Below, in pieces: positions 1 to 9,145 of a stretch of DNA of 64,000 nucleotides. The DNA comes from Bacilli bacterium. Its GTDB lineage: Bacteria; Bacillota_I; Bacilli_A; ML615J-28; CAG-698. Each line of letters starts with the position of its first letter. Positions within the stretch are counted from its first letter, which is position 1. The notes under the pieces are model-generated. The model was not told where the DNA came from. It ran no database searches and saw nothing but the letters and a program-made list of their open reading frames with translations. A program made the translations under genes and the position numbers. The stretch covers positions 26,667-90,666 of the forward strand of contig JAQUZE010000004.1 in assembly GCA_028691515.1 (NCBI GenBank), written 5' to 3'.

Positions 1-248
1 CTGATGGATTTGAACTTGCTGAAGCAGATTTACTAATTAGAGGACCTGGTGATTTTTTTGGTGAGAAACAGACAGGGTTAGTAACCTTTAAATTATCTGA
101 TATTATTGCTGATAAAGAATTACTTGAGTTATGCAATAATGCTGCAGAAGAAGTAATTGAAAAAGAGTTGTTATTTAATGAGAAATATAAAGAAATTTAT
201 GAAATTGTTCATAAGAATTATTTAGAAAATAAAGAGATGTTAGACTAA
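1..248 (+). CDS. recG: ATP-dependent DNA helicase RecG, C-terminal fragment (5' end outside window)
   Basis: The translation ends ...RGPGDFFGEKQTGL...NKEMLD*, with the stop at 246-248. The RGPGxFxGxxQSG motif is typical of the RecG C-terminus. recG sits upstream of plsX, as in B. subtilis. Confidence 0.7.
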   Translation, partial: DGFELAEADLLIRGPGDFFGEKQTGLVTFKLSDIIADKELLELCNNAAEEVIEKELLFNEKYKEIYEIVHKNYLENKEMLD

Positions 249-258
249 GGAGATATCT

Positions 259-1266
259 ATGATTAAATTAGCTATTGATGCAATGGGTGGAGATTTTGCT
301 CCAGAAGAAATTATTAAAGGAATAAATTTGGCCATTGAAGAATATGATGATATTCAACTTACAGTATATGGTGATGAGGGTAAAATTGCTAAATTTTTGA
401 TTCCAAACGAAAGAGTAATGGTCATTCATGCTCCAGATGCTATTGATATGGGAGAAAAAGATCCAATAAGAGAAATTAGAAGAAATAAAGAAACCTCACT
501 TGTAAGGGCTTTTCAAGCAGTTAAAGATAATGAAGTTCAGGGAGCAGTTACTGCTGGTCCTACGCAGGCAACAATTATTGCTGCACATTTAATTATTAGA
601 CGGTTAAAAGGAATGAAAAGAGCAGCTTTATGTCCGACTTTACCAAATCTTGGTGGCAAAAACCGATTGCTTCTTGATGTTGGGGCTAATATTGAATTAA
701 GAGCTGAACATATTTTACAGTTATCTCAATTTGCATCAATTTATATGAGAGAAGTAATGCAAGTTCATAATCCACTTGTTGGACTTTTAAATATTGGTTC
801 CGAACCAGGAAAAGGGAGAGAAGTAGATAAAGAATCTTTTCATTTATTATCTGCTGATCCTAACGTGAATTTTTATGGTAATGTAGAACCAAAAGAAATG
901 TTTACAACAAATTGTGATATATTAATTACTGATGGTTATACTGGTAATATGATAATGAAAACATCAGAAGGTGTCGCAAAAGCTGTTGGTACTTACTTAA
1001 AAGAATCAATTAGTGAATCATTTAAAGCTAAAATTGGTTATTTATTTATGAAAGATGTTTTTAAAGATTTTAAAAAAATTATGAGTGCCGATGAAATTGG
1101 TGGAGCTACTCTTTTTGGCGTTAATGGTATTGTTGTAAAAGCTCATGGTTCTAGTACAGCATTTGCTTTTAAAAATGCTATTGGTAAAGCGAGATTAGCT
1201 GTAAAAGGACGTGTAATTGAGAAAATGGAAGCAATTTTAAGCGAAATGGTGGAAGAAAATGAATAG
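259..1266 (+). CDS. plsX: phosphate acyltransferase PlsX
   Basis: The N-terminus reads MIKLAIDAMGGDFAPEEIIKG, the characteristic PlsX start. Length is 335 aa. The gene sits between recG and rnc. Confidence 0.9.
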   Translation: MIKLAIDAMGGDFAPEEIIKGINLAIEEYDDIQLTVYGDEGKIAKFLIPNERVMVIHAPDAIDMGEKDPIREIRRNKETSLVRAFQAVKDNEVQGAVTAGPTQATIIAAHLIIRRLKGMKRAALCPTLPNLGGKNRLLLDVGANIELRAEHILQLSQFASIYMREVMQVHNPLVGLLNIGSEPGKGREVDKESFHLLSADPNVNFYGNVEPKEMFTTNCDILITDGYTGNMIMKTSEGVAKAVGTYLKESISESFKAKIGYLFMKDVFKDFKKIMSADEIGGATLFGVNGIVVKAHGSSTAFAFKNAIGKARLAVKGRVIEKMEAILSEMVEENE

Positions 1267-1957
1267 TAATTGGGATGAGCAACTGTTGGAGCTTGCCAAT
1301 AAGTATAATTTTACAATTAAAAATAAAGATTTATACATTAAAGCATTTACCCATACATCTTATGCTAATGAACATAAATCAGATAGTAATGAAAGATTAG
1401 AATTTTTAGGTGATGCAATTTTAGATTTTCTTGTGGGAGAATATTTATTTATTAAATATCCAAATATGCCAGAAGGAGAAATGTCAAAAGCTCGATCAAC
1501 ATATGTTTGTGAAAAAGCTAATGCAGAATATTCACTGATTTTAAATTTGGATAAATGTTTATTGCTTGGTAAAGGTGAAGAAGAACAAGGCGGAAGAAGT
1601 AAAACATCTGTTTTAGGTGATTTGTTTGAAGCATTTTTGGGGGCAGTTTATTTGGAACATGGAATGAATAAAATTAGAGAAATAATAAGTGATGTGATTT
1701 TTTCTGTAATTGTGTTTATTGATGAAGATGGTTTTTTTGAAGATTATAAATCGACTTTGCAAGAATATATTCAAGCCGAAAGTAGGAAAGGTGTTTTATA
1801 TAAATTAGATCACGAAGAAGGACCTAGTCATGATAAAACCTTTACAACATCTGTTTATCATGATAATATCAGATTAGGCCAAGGAATAGGTAAAAGTAAA
1901 AAAGAATCTGAGCAAATGGCTGCTAGAAATGCGTTGGAAAAATTAGTTAAAAGTTGA
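1259..1957 (+). CDS. rnc: ribonuclease III
   Basis: The RNase III signature ERLEFLGDAILDFLV is present. A C-terminal dsRBD is present (EGPSHDKTFTTSVY). There is an 8-bp overlap with plsX. Confidence 0.9.
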   Translation: MNSNWDEQLLELANKYNFTIKNKDLYIKAFTHTSYANEHKSDSNERLEFLGDAILDFLVGEYLFIKYPNMPEGEMSKARSTYVCEKANAEYSLILNLDKCLLLGKGEEEQGGRSKTSVLGDLFEAFLGAVYLEHGMNKIREIISDVIFSVIVFIDEDGFFEDYKSTLQEYIQAESRKGVLYKLDHEEGPSHDKTFTTSVYHDNIRLGQGIGKSKKESEQMAARNALEKLVKS

Positions 1958-1967
1958 GGGATTATAG

Positions 1968-2591
1968 ATGGAAAAATATTATGAATTAATTAAAAATAAT
2001 GTAATTGATTTTAATGAATTATTGTTAGAACAATATTATTTGCTTGGATTGACAGAAGTAGATGTTGTTTTACTTATCAAGCTACATAATTTAATTGATA
2101 AAGATGTTAATACTATTTTTATTTCTAAACTTTTTAACAAAATGAGTATAAGTGAAGAAGAATTATCTAATTGTTTAGTAAGATTAATTGATATGGATTT
2201 TATTAATATAAGCCTTGATCAAAACAAAAAAGAACAATATAGTCTTAATGGAATATATAAAAAATTAAGTTTTTTATTATCAACAAATGAAAATGATAAA
2301 AAAGATTATTTAGTTCAAGAGAGAGTTAAAACAACTATAAAAAAATTGGAGAGTTCATTAAATAAAATTTTGTCGCCTTTAGAATTACAAATGATTAATA
2401 GATGGTTTTATGAGTATAATTATAAATATGATGATATTGATAAGACTATTAATAAAGCATTAATTAATAAGAATTGTGGAGTTAAATATATAGACAGAAG
2501 TCTACATAATTTGCTTAATAATAATGAACATAATGAGGATTTAAATGATTTAAAAAAATTATTTAATACTGTATATGGAAAAAATAGATAG
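1968..2591 (+). CDS. DnaD-like replication initiation/membrane attachment protein (tentative)
   Basis: The 207-aa protein has an N-terminal winged-helix-like segment (LLEQYYLLGLTEVDVVLLIKLHNL). A C-terminal region carries an I.RWFYEY motif resembling the DnaD DDBH2 domain. It lies immediately upstream of nth, matching the B. subtilis dnaD-nth arrangement. Confidence 0.5.
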   Translation: MEKYYELIKNNVIDFNELLLEQYYLLGLTEVDVVLLIKLHNLIDKDVNTIFISKLFNKMSISEEELSNCLVRLIDMDFINISLDQNKKEQYSLNGIYKKLSFLLSTNENDKKDYLVQERVKTTIKKLESSLNKILSPLELQMINRWFYEYNYKYDDIDKTINKALINKNCGVKYIDRSLHNLLNNNEHNEDLNDLKKLFNTVYGKNR

Positions 2592-3198
2592 AATAATAAA
2601 TAAATTAAATGAAATGTACCCTGATAATAAGGGAGATTTGCATTATAGCAGTATATTTCAATTAATTGTTGCTGTTACATTATCTGCTCAAACTACTGAT
2701 ATTGCAGTTAATAAGGCTACTATAGAGTTGTTTAAGAAATATCCTACAGAAAAAGAATTGGCAGTTGCTAATATTAATGATGTAAAGGAAATGATTAAAA
2801 CAATAGGATTATATAATAATAAAGCTAAAAATATTATTGAAATGGCAAGAATTTTAGTCAATAATGAAGGTATTATTGAACCTAATTTAGAGTTTCTTAC
2901 TAATCTTCCAGGGGTTGGAAGAAAGACAGCTAATGTTGTTTTAAGTGAAGGGTTTAAAATTCCTAGAATTGCTGTTGATACTCATGTTTTTAGAGTATCG
3001 CGTAGGTTAGGGTTATCAAATTCTAATAATGTATTAAAAGTCGAAGAAGATTTAATGAATTTAATTGATGAAAAAATGTGGGGAAAAGCTCATTTGCGAT
3101 TATTACGTTTTGGCAGATATTTTTGCAAGTCATTTAAACCAAATTGTAGCGAATGTCCTTTTCAAGATATTTGTGTTTATGATAATAAGAACATTTAA
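2575..3198 (+). CDS. nth: endonuclease III (DNA-(apurinic or apyrimidinic site) lyase)
   Basis: A helix-hairpin-helix motif LPGVGRKTANVVL is present. The LSAQTTD motif is present. The C-terminal 4Fe-4S cluster ligands are present (CKSFKPNCSECPFQDIC). Confidence 0.9.
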   Translation: MEKIDRIINKLNEMYPDNKGDLHYSSIFQLIVAVTLSAQTTDIAVNKATIELFKKYPTEKELAVANINDVKEMIKTIGLYNNKAKNIIEMARILVNNEGIIEPNLEFLTNLPGVGRKTANVVLSEGFKIPRIAVDTHVFRVSRRLGLSNSNNVLKVEEDLMNLIDEKMWGKAHLRLLRFGRYFCKSFKPNCSECPFQDICVYDNKNI

Positions 3199-3200
3199 AA

Positions 3201-3226
3201 AAAGTAGCGATTTTGCTACTTTTTTA
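3201..3226. terminator. bidirectional Rho-independent terminator between nth (+) and rqcH (-)
   Basis: The hairpin is AAAGTAGC-gatttt-GCTACTTT, followed by a T-run. It overlaps the stop of the minus-strand gene. Confidence 0.6.
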
Positions 3227-4787
3227 TTGCTTTATTAATTTTATCTATATTTGGAGTAACTGATAATGTTTTTTGGTTTTTATAAGTAACATAAGATCCG
3301 TAAGTTTTTGGTATTTTTTTTACATATTTAACTAAAGTATAGTCAACTTGAATATTTTCACTATTTTTTGCTTTCGAGTATAATGCCGCAATTTCAGCTG
3401 CAAATATTAAATCATCATTAGTTATAGATTTTCCGCGTAAGATTGTATGAGAACCTGGTATTCCTTTCACATGAAAAAAATAATCATTTTTATTTGCAAA
3501 AGAATGTGTTAAATAATTATTTTGGATGTTATTTTTTCCAACATATATTTTTACGTTATTATATTCATAAGTATCAAAATTAGGTTTTTTAGTTTTAGTA
3601 GTTTTTTTAGTGGGTTTTCCAATATTTAACTCAAAGATTATTTCCTTTAAATCTTCAAATTTTGCTAATTCAATTTGGGTTAATAAATCTTCAAAATAGG
3701 CAATTGAGGATTTAGTTTCTTTAATTTGTATTTCTAAATAATTAATAGTTCTTTTCGCTTTTTTATATTTATTAAATATTTTATCTAAATTTTCTGATGG
3801 AGATATTAAAGGATTTAAATCAATTTTTATATCTTTATTTTTATCATAGTAATCTTTAACAGTTATAGAACTAAATCCCTTTTTTACAAGATGTAAATTT
3901 GATTTTAGTAATAATCCTATTTTTTCTAAAACAAGATTATTATTTGCTTCTTTTTTTTCTTCAATTTGTTTATTAAGTTTTTTTGTTGCTTTGATTATTT
4001 CTTTATTAACATGATTTAGTAATAGTTTTTGTTCATGGTTTAAAATATTTTCTTGATTAGTTTGATAGAAGTATTGTTCTAATAAAATAGACAAATTATC
4101 ATAAACTACTCTTTCACCCGGAAGATGTTCTAAATTAAAACAGTAAAATTTATTTTTATTTTTTGATTTAAATAAAGTTGGAATTGTTTTGTTATTAATT
4201 AAATCAATATTATTCTGTAAAACTATTTCTGAAAATAATTGATTGGAAACTCCTTCATATTCGTTGGTTTGGTATATTATTTTAGTTTTAAAAGGGTTTA
4301 TTTTATTTGTGATTGGATACTGATATTTATTTTTGTTTATTAATAATCTATTAGATTCTAAAGTTGATGGTTTTAAAACTTCTTGTATTATAAAATTTTC
4401 ATCAACAATAATTAAATTATACATTTTTCCAAATGCTTCAAATATAAGTGTGTATTGGGCACTATACCCTAAATCATCATATTTTTCGATTTCTAGAAGG
4501 ATAATTCTATCGTTGTTGTGCTGTTTAATATTTCTTATGATACTATTATCAAATAATCTTTTTAGAGAGACATAAAATCGCTGATTATTTGTTGAATTAA
4601 TAATATCCATTTGCGTAAAATGAAGATTTGGATTAGAACTAATATTAAATAAAAGCTTTTTTTTATTTGATAACAACATGACAAAATCATGATCGTTTAA
4701 AACCACTAGTTTATTGATTCTTTGGTTAATGATAAAAGGAGATAATTCTTTTAATAAATGATTAATAAATACGCCATCAAAACTCAT
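3216..4787 (-). CDS. rqcH: RqcH/FbpA family protein (NFACT-domain ribosome quality-control factor, annotated as fibronectin-binding protein A in many genomes)
   Basis: The N-terminus MSFDGVFINHLLKELSPFI is typical of FbpA/NFACT-N. A central coiled coil is present. A C-terminal NFACT-R-like segment (KGIPGSHTILRG) is present. Length is 523 aa. Confidence 0.8.
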   Translation of the reverse strand: MSFDGVFINHLLKELSPFIINQRINKLVVLNDHDFVMLLSNKKKLLFNISSNPNLHFTQMDIINSTNNQRFYVSLKRLFDNSIIRNIKQHNNDRIILLEIEKYDDLGYSAQYTLIFEAFGKMYNLIIVDENFIIQEVLKPSTLESNRLLINKNKYQYPITNKINPFKTKIIYQTNEYEGVSNQLFSEIVLQNNIDLINNKTIPTLFKSKNKNKFYCFNLEHLPGERVVYDNLSILLEQYFYQTNQENILNHEQKLLLNHVNKEIIKATKKLNKQIEEKKEANNNLVLEKIGLLLKSNLHLVKKGFSSITVKDYYDKNKDIKIDLNPLISPSENLDKIFNKYKKAKRTINYLEIQIKETKSSIAYFEDLLTQIELAKFEDLKEIIFELNIGKPTKKTTKTKKPNFDTYEYNNVKIYVGKNNIQNNYLTHSFANKNDYFFHVKGIPGSHTILRGKSITNDDLIFAAEIAALYSKAKNSENIQVDYTLVKYVKKIPKTYGSYVTYKNQKTLSVTPNIDKINKAIKK

Positions 4788-4917
4788 ATTTTATACTTCC
4801 TAACTTTATTATTTTATCAAAAAATATCTAAAATATCAATATAAACAACTAGCTCTCGCTTTTAGTTCATTTACTAATACTTATTAATAAATATATTTGT
4901 ATTATAGTTGTTCAAGT

Positions 4918-4946
4918 TTGACTTTTTTTAATAAATGAAGTATAAT
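4918..4946 (+). promoter_or_regulatory. sigma-A type promoter upstream of gmk
   Basis: The -35 box TTGACT is at 4918-4923. A 17-nt spacer follows. The -10 box TATAAT is at 4941-4946. The RBS AGAGGTGA precedes the GTG start at 4974. Confidence 0.6.
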
Positions 4947-4973
4947 GATTAAAATATTCTTTAGAGGTGATTT

Positions 4974-5603
4974 GTGAAATTAGATGAAAAAGGTTTATTG
5001 ATAGTTATATCTGGACCATCAGGTGTTGGAAAAGGGACTGTTCGCAGTGCTTTGTTTGATATGACAGGTCATGATCTTGTTTACTCAATTTCTATGACTA
5101 CAAGAAAACCAAGGGCAAATGAAGTAGATGGTGAAGATTATTTTTTTGTCAGTAAAGAAGAGTTTGAAAAAAGAATATCAGAAGGTAAAATGCTGGAATA
5201 TGCAGAGTTCATAAATAATTACTATGGAACGCCATTAGATGAAGTTGAAAGAAATCTTAATTTAGGGAAAGAAGTTGTTTTAGAAATTGAGGTAAATGGA
5301 GCAACTCAAGTTCGTGAAAAAATGAAGGATGCTATTTTTATTTTTATTGCTCCTCCAAGTTTCAAATCTCTAAAAGATAGATTAATGAGTAGAGGAACAG
5401 AACCTGTTGAACTTATTGAGGAACGATGTAATAAAGCTGAAAGAGAATTACATTTAGCGTATATGTACGATTATATTGTTGTAAATGATTCCGTAGAAAA
5501 TGCTGCAGATAAAATTATGGCAATTATTAGAGCTGAACATGCAAAGACTGAAAGAACAATTCAGAAATATAAACAAATATTGGAGGAAGAAAATGAATAT
5601 TGA
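4974..5603 (+). CDS. gmk: guanylate kinase
   Basis: The P-loop ISGPSGVGKGTV is present. Length is 209 aa. It is followed by rpoZ, as in B. subtilis. The start is GTG and the stop is TGA. Confidence 0.9.
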   Translation: MKLDEKGLLIVISGPSGVGKGTVRSALFDMTGHDLVYSISMTTRKPRANEVDGEDYFFVSKEEFEKRISEGKMLEYAEFINNYYGTPLDEVERNLNLGKEVVLEIEVNGATQVREKMKDAIFIFIAPPSFKSLKDRLMSRGTEPVELIEERCNKAERELHLAYMYDYIVVNDSVENAADKIMAIIRAEHAKTERTIQKYKQILEEENEY

Positions 5604-5820
5604 TCATTCTAAAGATGGTATGCGATATCCATCTATTGATGTTTTATTAGATAAAACGGAATCAAAATATGTTTTAGTTGTTGGAGCTGCTAAAAGAGCA
5701 AAAGCTATTAAAAAAGAGGGAACATGTTTAGTTGAAAATCCTTATAATAAAAAGACGATTGGTATTGCTTTAGAAGAAATTTATACAGGGAAAATTTTAA
5801 TTAAAAAAATTAATGATTAA
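5593..5820 (+). CDS. rpoZ: DNA-directed RNA polymerase subunit omega
   Basis: The six-frame ORF 5500..5820 is trimmed to the internal ATG at 5593 (MNIDHSKDGMRYPSIDVLLDKTESKYVLVVGAAKRAKAI). This is typical RpoZ. It overlaps the gmk end by 11 nt. Confidence 0.8.
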   Translation: MNIDHSKDGMRYPSIDVLLDKTESKYVLVVGAAKRAKAIKKEGTCLVENPYNKKTIGIALEEIYTGKILIKKIND

Positions 5821-5824
5821 TAAA

Positions 5825-5854
5825 AGCAGACATCCTGCTTTTTTTATTTTTTTT
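5825..5854 (+). terminator. Rho-independent terminator after rpoZ
   Basis: The hairpin is AGCAG-acatc-CTGCT, followed by a long T-run. Confidence 0.75.
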
Positions 5855-5947
5855 AGATTAATTAGTTAATATATAGAATACAATATAAGTAAATGTTTAT
5901 TTTATCATGGTGCTATGTTAAAATATATAATATAGGAGGAAGATTAT

Positions 5948-6814
5948 ATGTTAATTGGTGCTCTTGAAGCAGGGGGAACTAAATTTAAATGTGCTGTAGC
6001 AATTTCTTCAGGGGAAATTATGAAATCTGTTGTTATTAAAACTACAACAATTGAAGAAACTATGCAAAAGGTTGTTAATTTTTTTCTTCCATATCATATT
6101 GAAGATTTAGGAGTTGGTTGTTTTGGACCAATTTCACTTGATAAGAAAAGCAAATTCTATGGACAAATTTTAGATACGCCTAAAGAAAAATGGAAATATT
6201 ATGACATTTATAATTATTTAAAAGATAAATTAAATTGTAATGTTTATATTAATACTGATGTTGTTACATCAGCTTATGGTGAATATTATTTTGGTTTTAA
6301 TAGCTTATATAAAAATATTTTGTATTTTACAGTTGGAACTGGTATTGGAGTAGGGGTTATTTATAATGGAAATGTATTACAAGGAAATCACCATACAGAA
6401 ATGGGACATATTACTATTAATAGAGAAAAAAATGATGATTATTTAAGTACTTGTGAATTCCATGATAATTGTTTGGAAGGATTAGCTAGTGGTAATAGTC
6501 TCGATAATAGATATAATTTAACTTATGAACAACTTGAAAATAGAGAAGATATTTTAAGACAAGAGGCATTTTATCTTGCTCAAGGAATATATGCATATGT
6601 TTTGGCTTTTGCTCCAGATAAAGTAATTATAGGAGGTGGGGTTAGCCATCAGAAAAAGTTAATTCCTTTTATTAGAGAAGAATTTAAAAAAATTAATAAT
6701 GGATATTTTCATTATCCATTATTAGATGATATTAATAATTTTATTGTTGAACCTAAATTGAAGGATGATTCTGGATTATATGGGGCTATTGCTTTAGCAG
6801 TTAAAAAACTATAA
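5948..6814 (+). CDS. ROK-family sugar kinase, fructokinase-like
   Basis: The N-terminus MLIGALEAGGTKFKCAV is present. A ROK zinc motif (GHITI...CEFHDNCLEGLASG) is present. Length is 288 aa. Confidence 0.75.
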   Translation: MLIGALEAGGTKFKCAVAISSGEIMKSVVIKTTTIEETMQKVVNFFLPYHIEDLGVGCFGPISLDKKSKFYGQILDTPKEKWKYYDIYNYLKDKLNCNVYINTDVVTSAYGEYYFGFNSLYKNILYFTVGTGIGVGVIYNGNVLQGNHHTEMGHITINREKNDDYLSTCEFHDNCLEGLASGNSLDNRYNLTYEQLENREDILRQEAFYLAQGIYAYVLAFAPDKVIIGGGVSHQKKLIPFIREEFKKINNGYFHYPLLDDINNFIVEPKLKDDSGLYGAIALAVKKL

Positions 6815-6829
6815 AGGAGATGATTTTTA

Positions 6830-9133
6830 ATGTTTGCAAAAGTTGTTGTAGATGTAAGATCTAGCAATGTTGATATTATGTATACTTACTTTATACCAGA
6901 TAAATTTATTGATTATATATTTATTGGTAGTAGAGTTTTAGTAAATTTTAATTTGCGAGATATTTTAGGTTATGTTATTGAAATTTCCGAAGAAACTGAA
7001 TATTCTGGAAAAATTAAAGAAATAATTGATGTTTTAGATTTTGATAAACAATTAACTCAAGAGCAGATTGAACTAGCATTAAAAATTAGTCATGAAACAA
7101 GAAGTTTACTTGTTAGTAGTTTAGATTTGATGTATCCTTCGTTTTTAAAAACAAAATACAGAAAATTTTTAAAAGTAATAAATTATGAGTCTCTTGATGC
7201 AAATATAGCATTATTATTTAAAGAAAAAGATAGGATTGTTTTAGATAGTAATTTATTAGATAATATACCTAATATTAATAAAGAAGTTAAAAAAGGTAAT
7301 TTGGAAATTATTTATGATAATTATCATTATGGTAAAAATAAATATACCAATAAATATAGTATTAAAAAGGAAAATATTAACTTTGACTTATTAACAAAAA
7401 AAAGAAAAAGAATTATTAATTTTCTTAGGGAAAATGATAATAAAGATATTAATCAAATTAGTACAGCGTGTGATTGTAGTTATTTTTTAATTAAAGATTT
7501 AGCAAATAAAGGTTATTTGACTATAAATAAAGAGATAGTTATTGAATCAGAAGAAAAAACTTTTTACAGGCCAATTATTAATTATAGTTTTGATGAAAAA
7601 GAAGTCAAAGATAAATATTTGTTGAATACTAAGAAACCTTACCTTTTTGTTACAAATGATTTAGAGTTTCGTGATAAATTTATTTTAGATATAATATCAG
7701 AAGTTTTGTTAAATAATAAACAGGTTTTAGTTGTTACAAAATCTATTTTACAGTCATTTGAAGTTTCAAATTTTTTAGAAAGTCATTTATTTAATGCAGT
7801 GATTTACAATTTTAATTCTGCAATTCCAACCTCTGAATATTTTGATAATTATATACAAGTAAAGTACCAAAATGTTGATATTGTTGTAACGACAATGTCA
7901 GGAATATTTTTACCTTTAGAAAAAATAGGTTTGGTAATAATGTATGAAGAGAATGATATTAACTACATTAACGAAAAAAGTCCTAAGTATAGTAGTTTAG
8001 AAGTAATAAAATTTCGTGCTGATTATAACAATGCAAAACTTGTGTTTGTTAATGAAGCAATATGTGTTGAAAATTATTACCAATATTACATCAACAAATA
8101 TACTTTTTTATCATATATTAAAAAATATGATAATGAAAAGTTTCTTATTAATATGCGAAATGAAGTTGCGAAACCTAGTTATTTAATGTCTAGTTTATTA
8201 GTTAAGAAAATTAATCAAACGTTAAATAATAATAAGATTTCATTTCTTATTTTAAATCAAAAAAATTATAGTGAAACAATAATTTGTAAGAGTTGTTCAA
8301 CAGTTTTGAAATGTCCAAATTGTTTAGTTTCTTTAAGTTTTAATAAAGAACAAAATGAGGCTAAATGCCATTATTGTGGTTATAGTGTAAAAAAAGAAGA
8401 GATTACATGTAAGAAATGTGGATCGCATGATTTTGCTTTGTTTGATTTAGGTTTAGAAAAATTAAGTGAAGAAATTAATGAATTGTTTCCTAATGTTAAA
8501 ATAATTCAAATTGATAGTGATACAGTAAATAATCAAATTGAGTATGACCAAACAGTTATATCAATAGAAGAAAATCAAGAACAGATTGTTATTGGAACAA
8601 ATATTTTACTCGATTTACTTGATTATGAAAATATTGGCTTAGTAGCATTAATAAATGCTGATAATATATTAAATAACAGTGATTATAAAAGTTCTCAAAT
8701 ACTATATCAAAATATTTCTAAAGTTATGAATCGTAAAGATGTAATAGGCGTATTTCAAGGATATAATATAGGACATTATAGTGTTACTTATGCAATTGAA
8801 GGAGATTATTTTAATTTTTATACAAAGGAAATCGAATTTAGAAATAATTTAAAATATCCACCAAAATATGAAATTATGAGATTAATTATTTTAGGTCCAT
8901 ATAAAGATATGTATCATGCTGCGAATTATTTTAGGAAAGTATACAAAAATATTTTAGATGATGAGAGTGATATTTTAGGTCCTGTATATTTAAGAAGATA
9001 TAAGGGAGTTCAATTAGTTTTAAAAACTAACGAATTTGATAGAATTTCTAGATTAATAAATGAAGTAGAAAAAAAATTCATTGCAAAAAATGTTACTTTT
9101 AAATTCGAAAGATATCCTAAATTATTTTATTAA
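6830..9133 (+). CDS. priA: primosomal protein N' (PriA) homolog with degenerate ATPase motifs
   Basis: A Cys-rich zinc-binding region is present (CKSCSTVLKCPNCLVSLSF...CHYCGY...CKKCGS). The position between rpoZ and fmt matches B. subtilis. Walker A, DEEH and the arginine finger are replaced (VTNDLEF, YEEN, NISKVMNR). Confidence 0.75.
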   Translation: MFAKVVVDVRSSNVDIMYTYFIPDKFIDYIFIGSRVLVNFNLRDILGYVIEISEETEYSGKIKEIIDVLDFDKQLTQEQIELALKISHETRSLLVSSLDLMYPSFLKTKYRKFLKVINYESLDANIALLFKEKDRIVLDSNLLDNIPNINKEVKKGNLEIIYDNYHYGKNKYTNKYSIKKENINFDLLTKKRKRIINFLRENDNKDINQISTACDCSYFLIKDLANKGYLTINKEIVIESEEKTFYRPIINYSFDEKEVKDKYLLNTKKPYLFVTNDLEFRDKFILDIISEVLLNNKQVLVVTKSILQSFEVSNFLESHLFNAVIYNFNSAIPTSEYFDNYIQVKYQNVDIVVTTMSGIFLPLEKIGLVIMYEENDINYINEKSPKYSSLEVIKFRADYNNAKLVFVNEAICVENYYQYYINKYTFLSYIKKYDNEKFLINMRNEVAKPSYLMSSLLVKKINQTLNNNKISFLILNQKNYSETIICKSCSTVLKCPNCLVSLSFNKEQNEAKCHYCGYSVKKEEITCKKCGSHDFALFDLGLEKLSEEINELFPNVKIIQIDSDTVNNQIEYDQTVISIEENQEQIVIGTNILLDLLDYENIGLVALINADNILNNSDYKSSQILYQNISKVMNRKDVIGVFQGYNIGHYSVTYAIEGDYFNFYTKEIEFRNNLKYPPKYEIMRLIILGPYKDMYHAANYFRKVYKNILDDESDILGPVYLRRYKGVQLVLKTNEFDRISRLINEVEKKFIAKNVTFKFERYPKLFY

Positions 9134-9145
9134 GGAGTTGATAAT

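Noticed and set aside
4333-4575. 80-aa plus-strand ORF inside rqcH
   Set aside because: It is antisense to the RqcH/FbpA coding region and has a hydrophobic low-complexity translation typical of AT-rich antisense frames.
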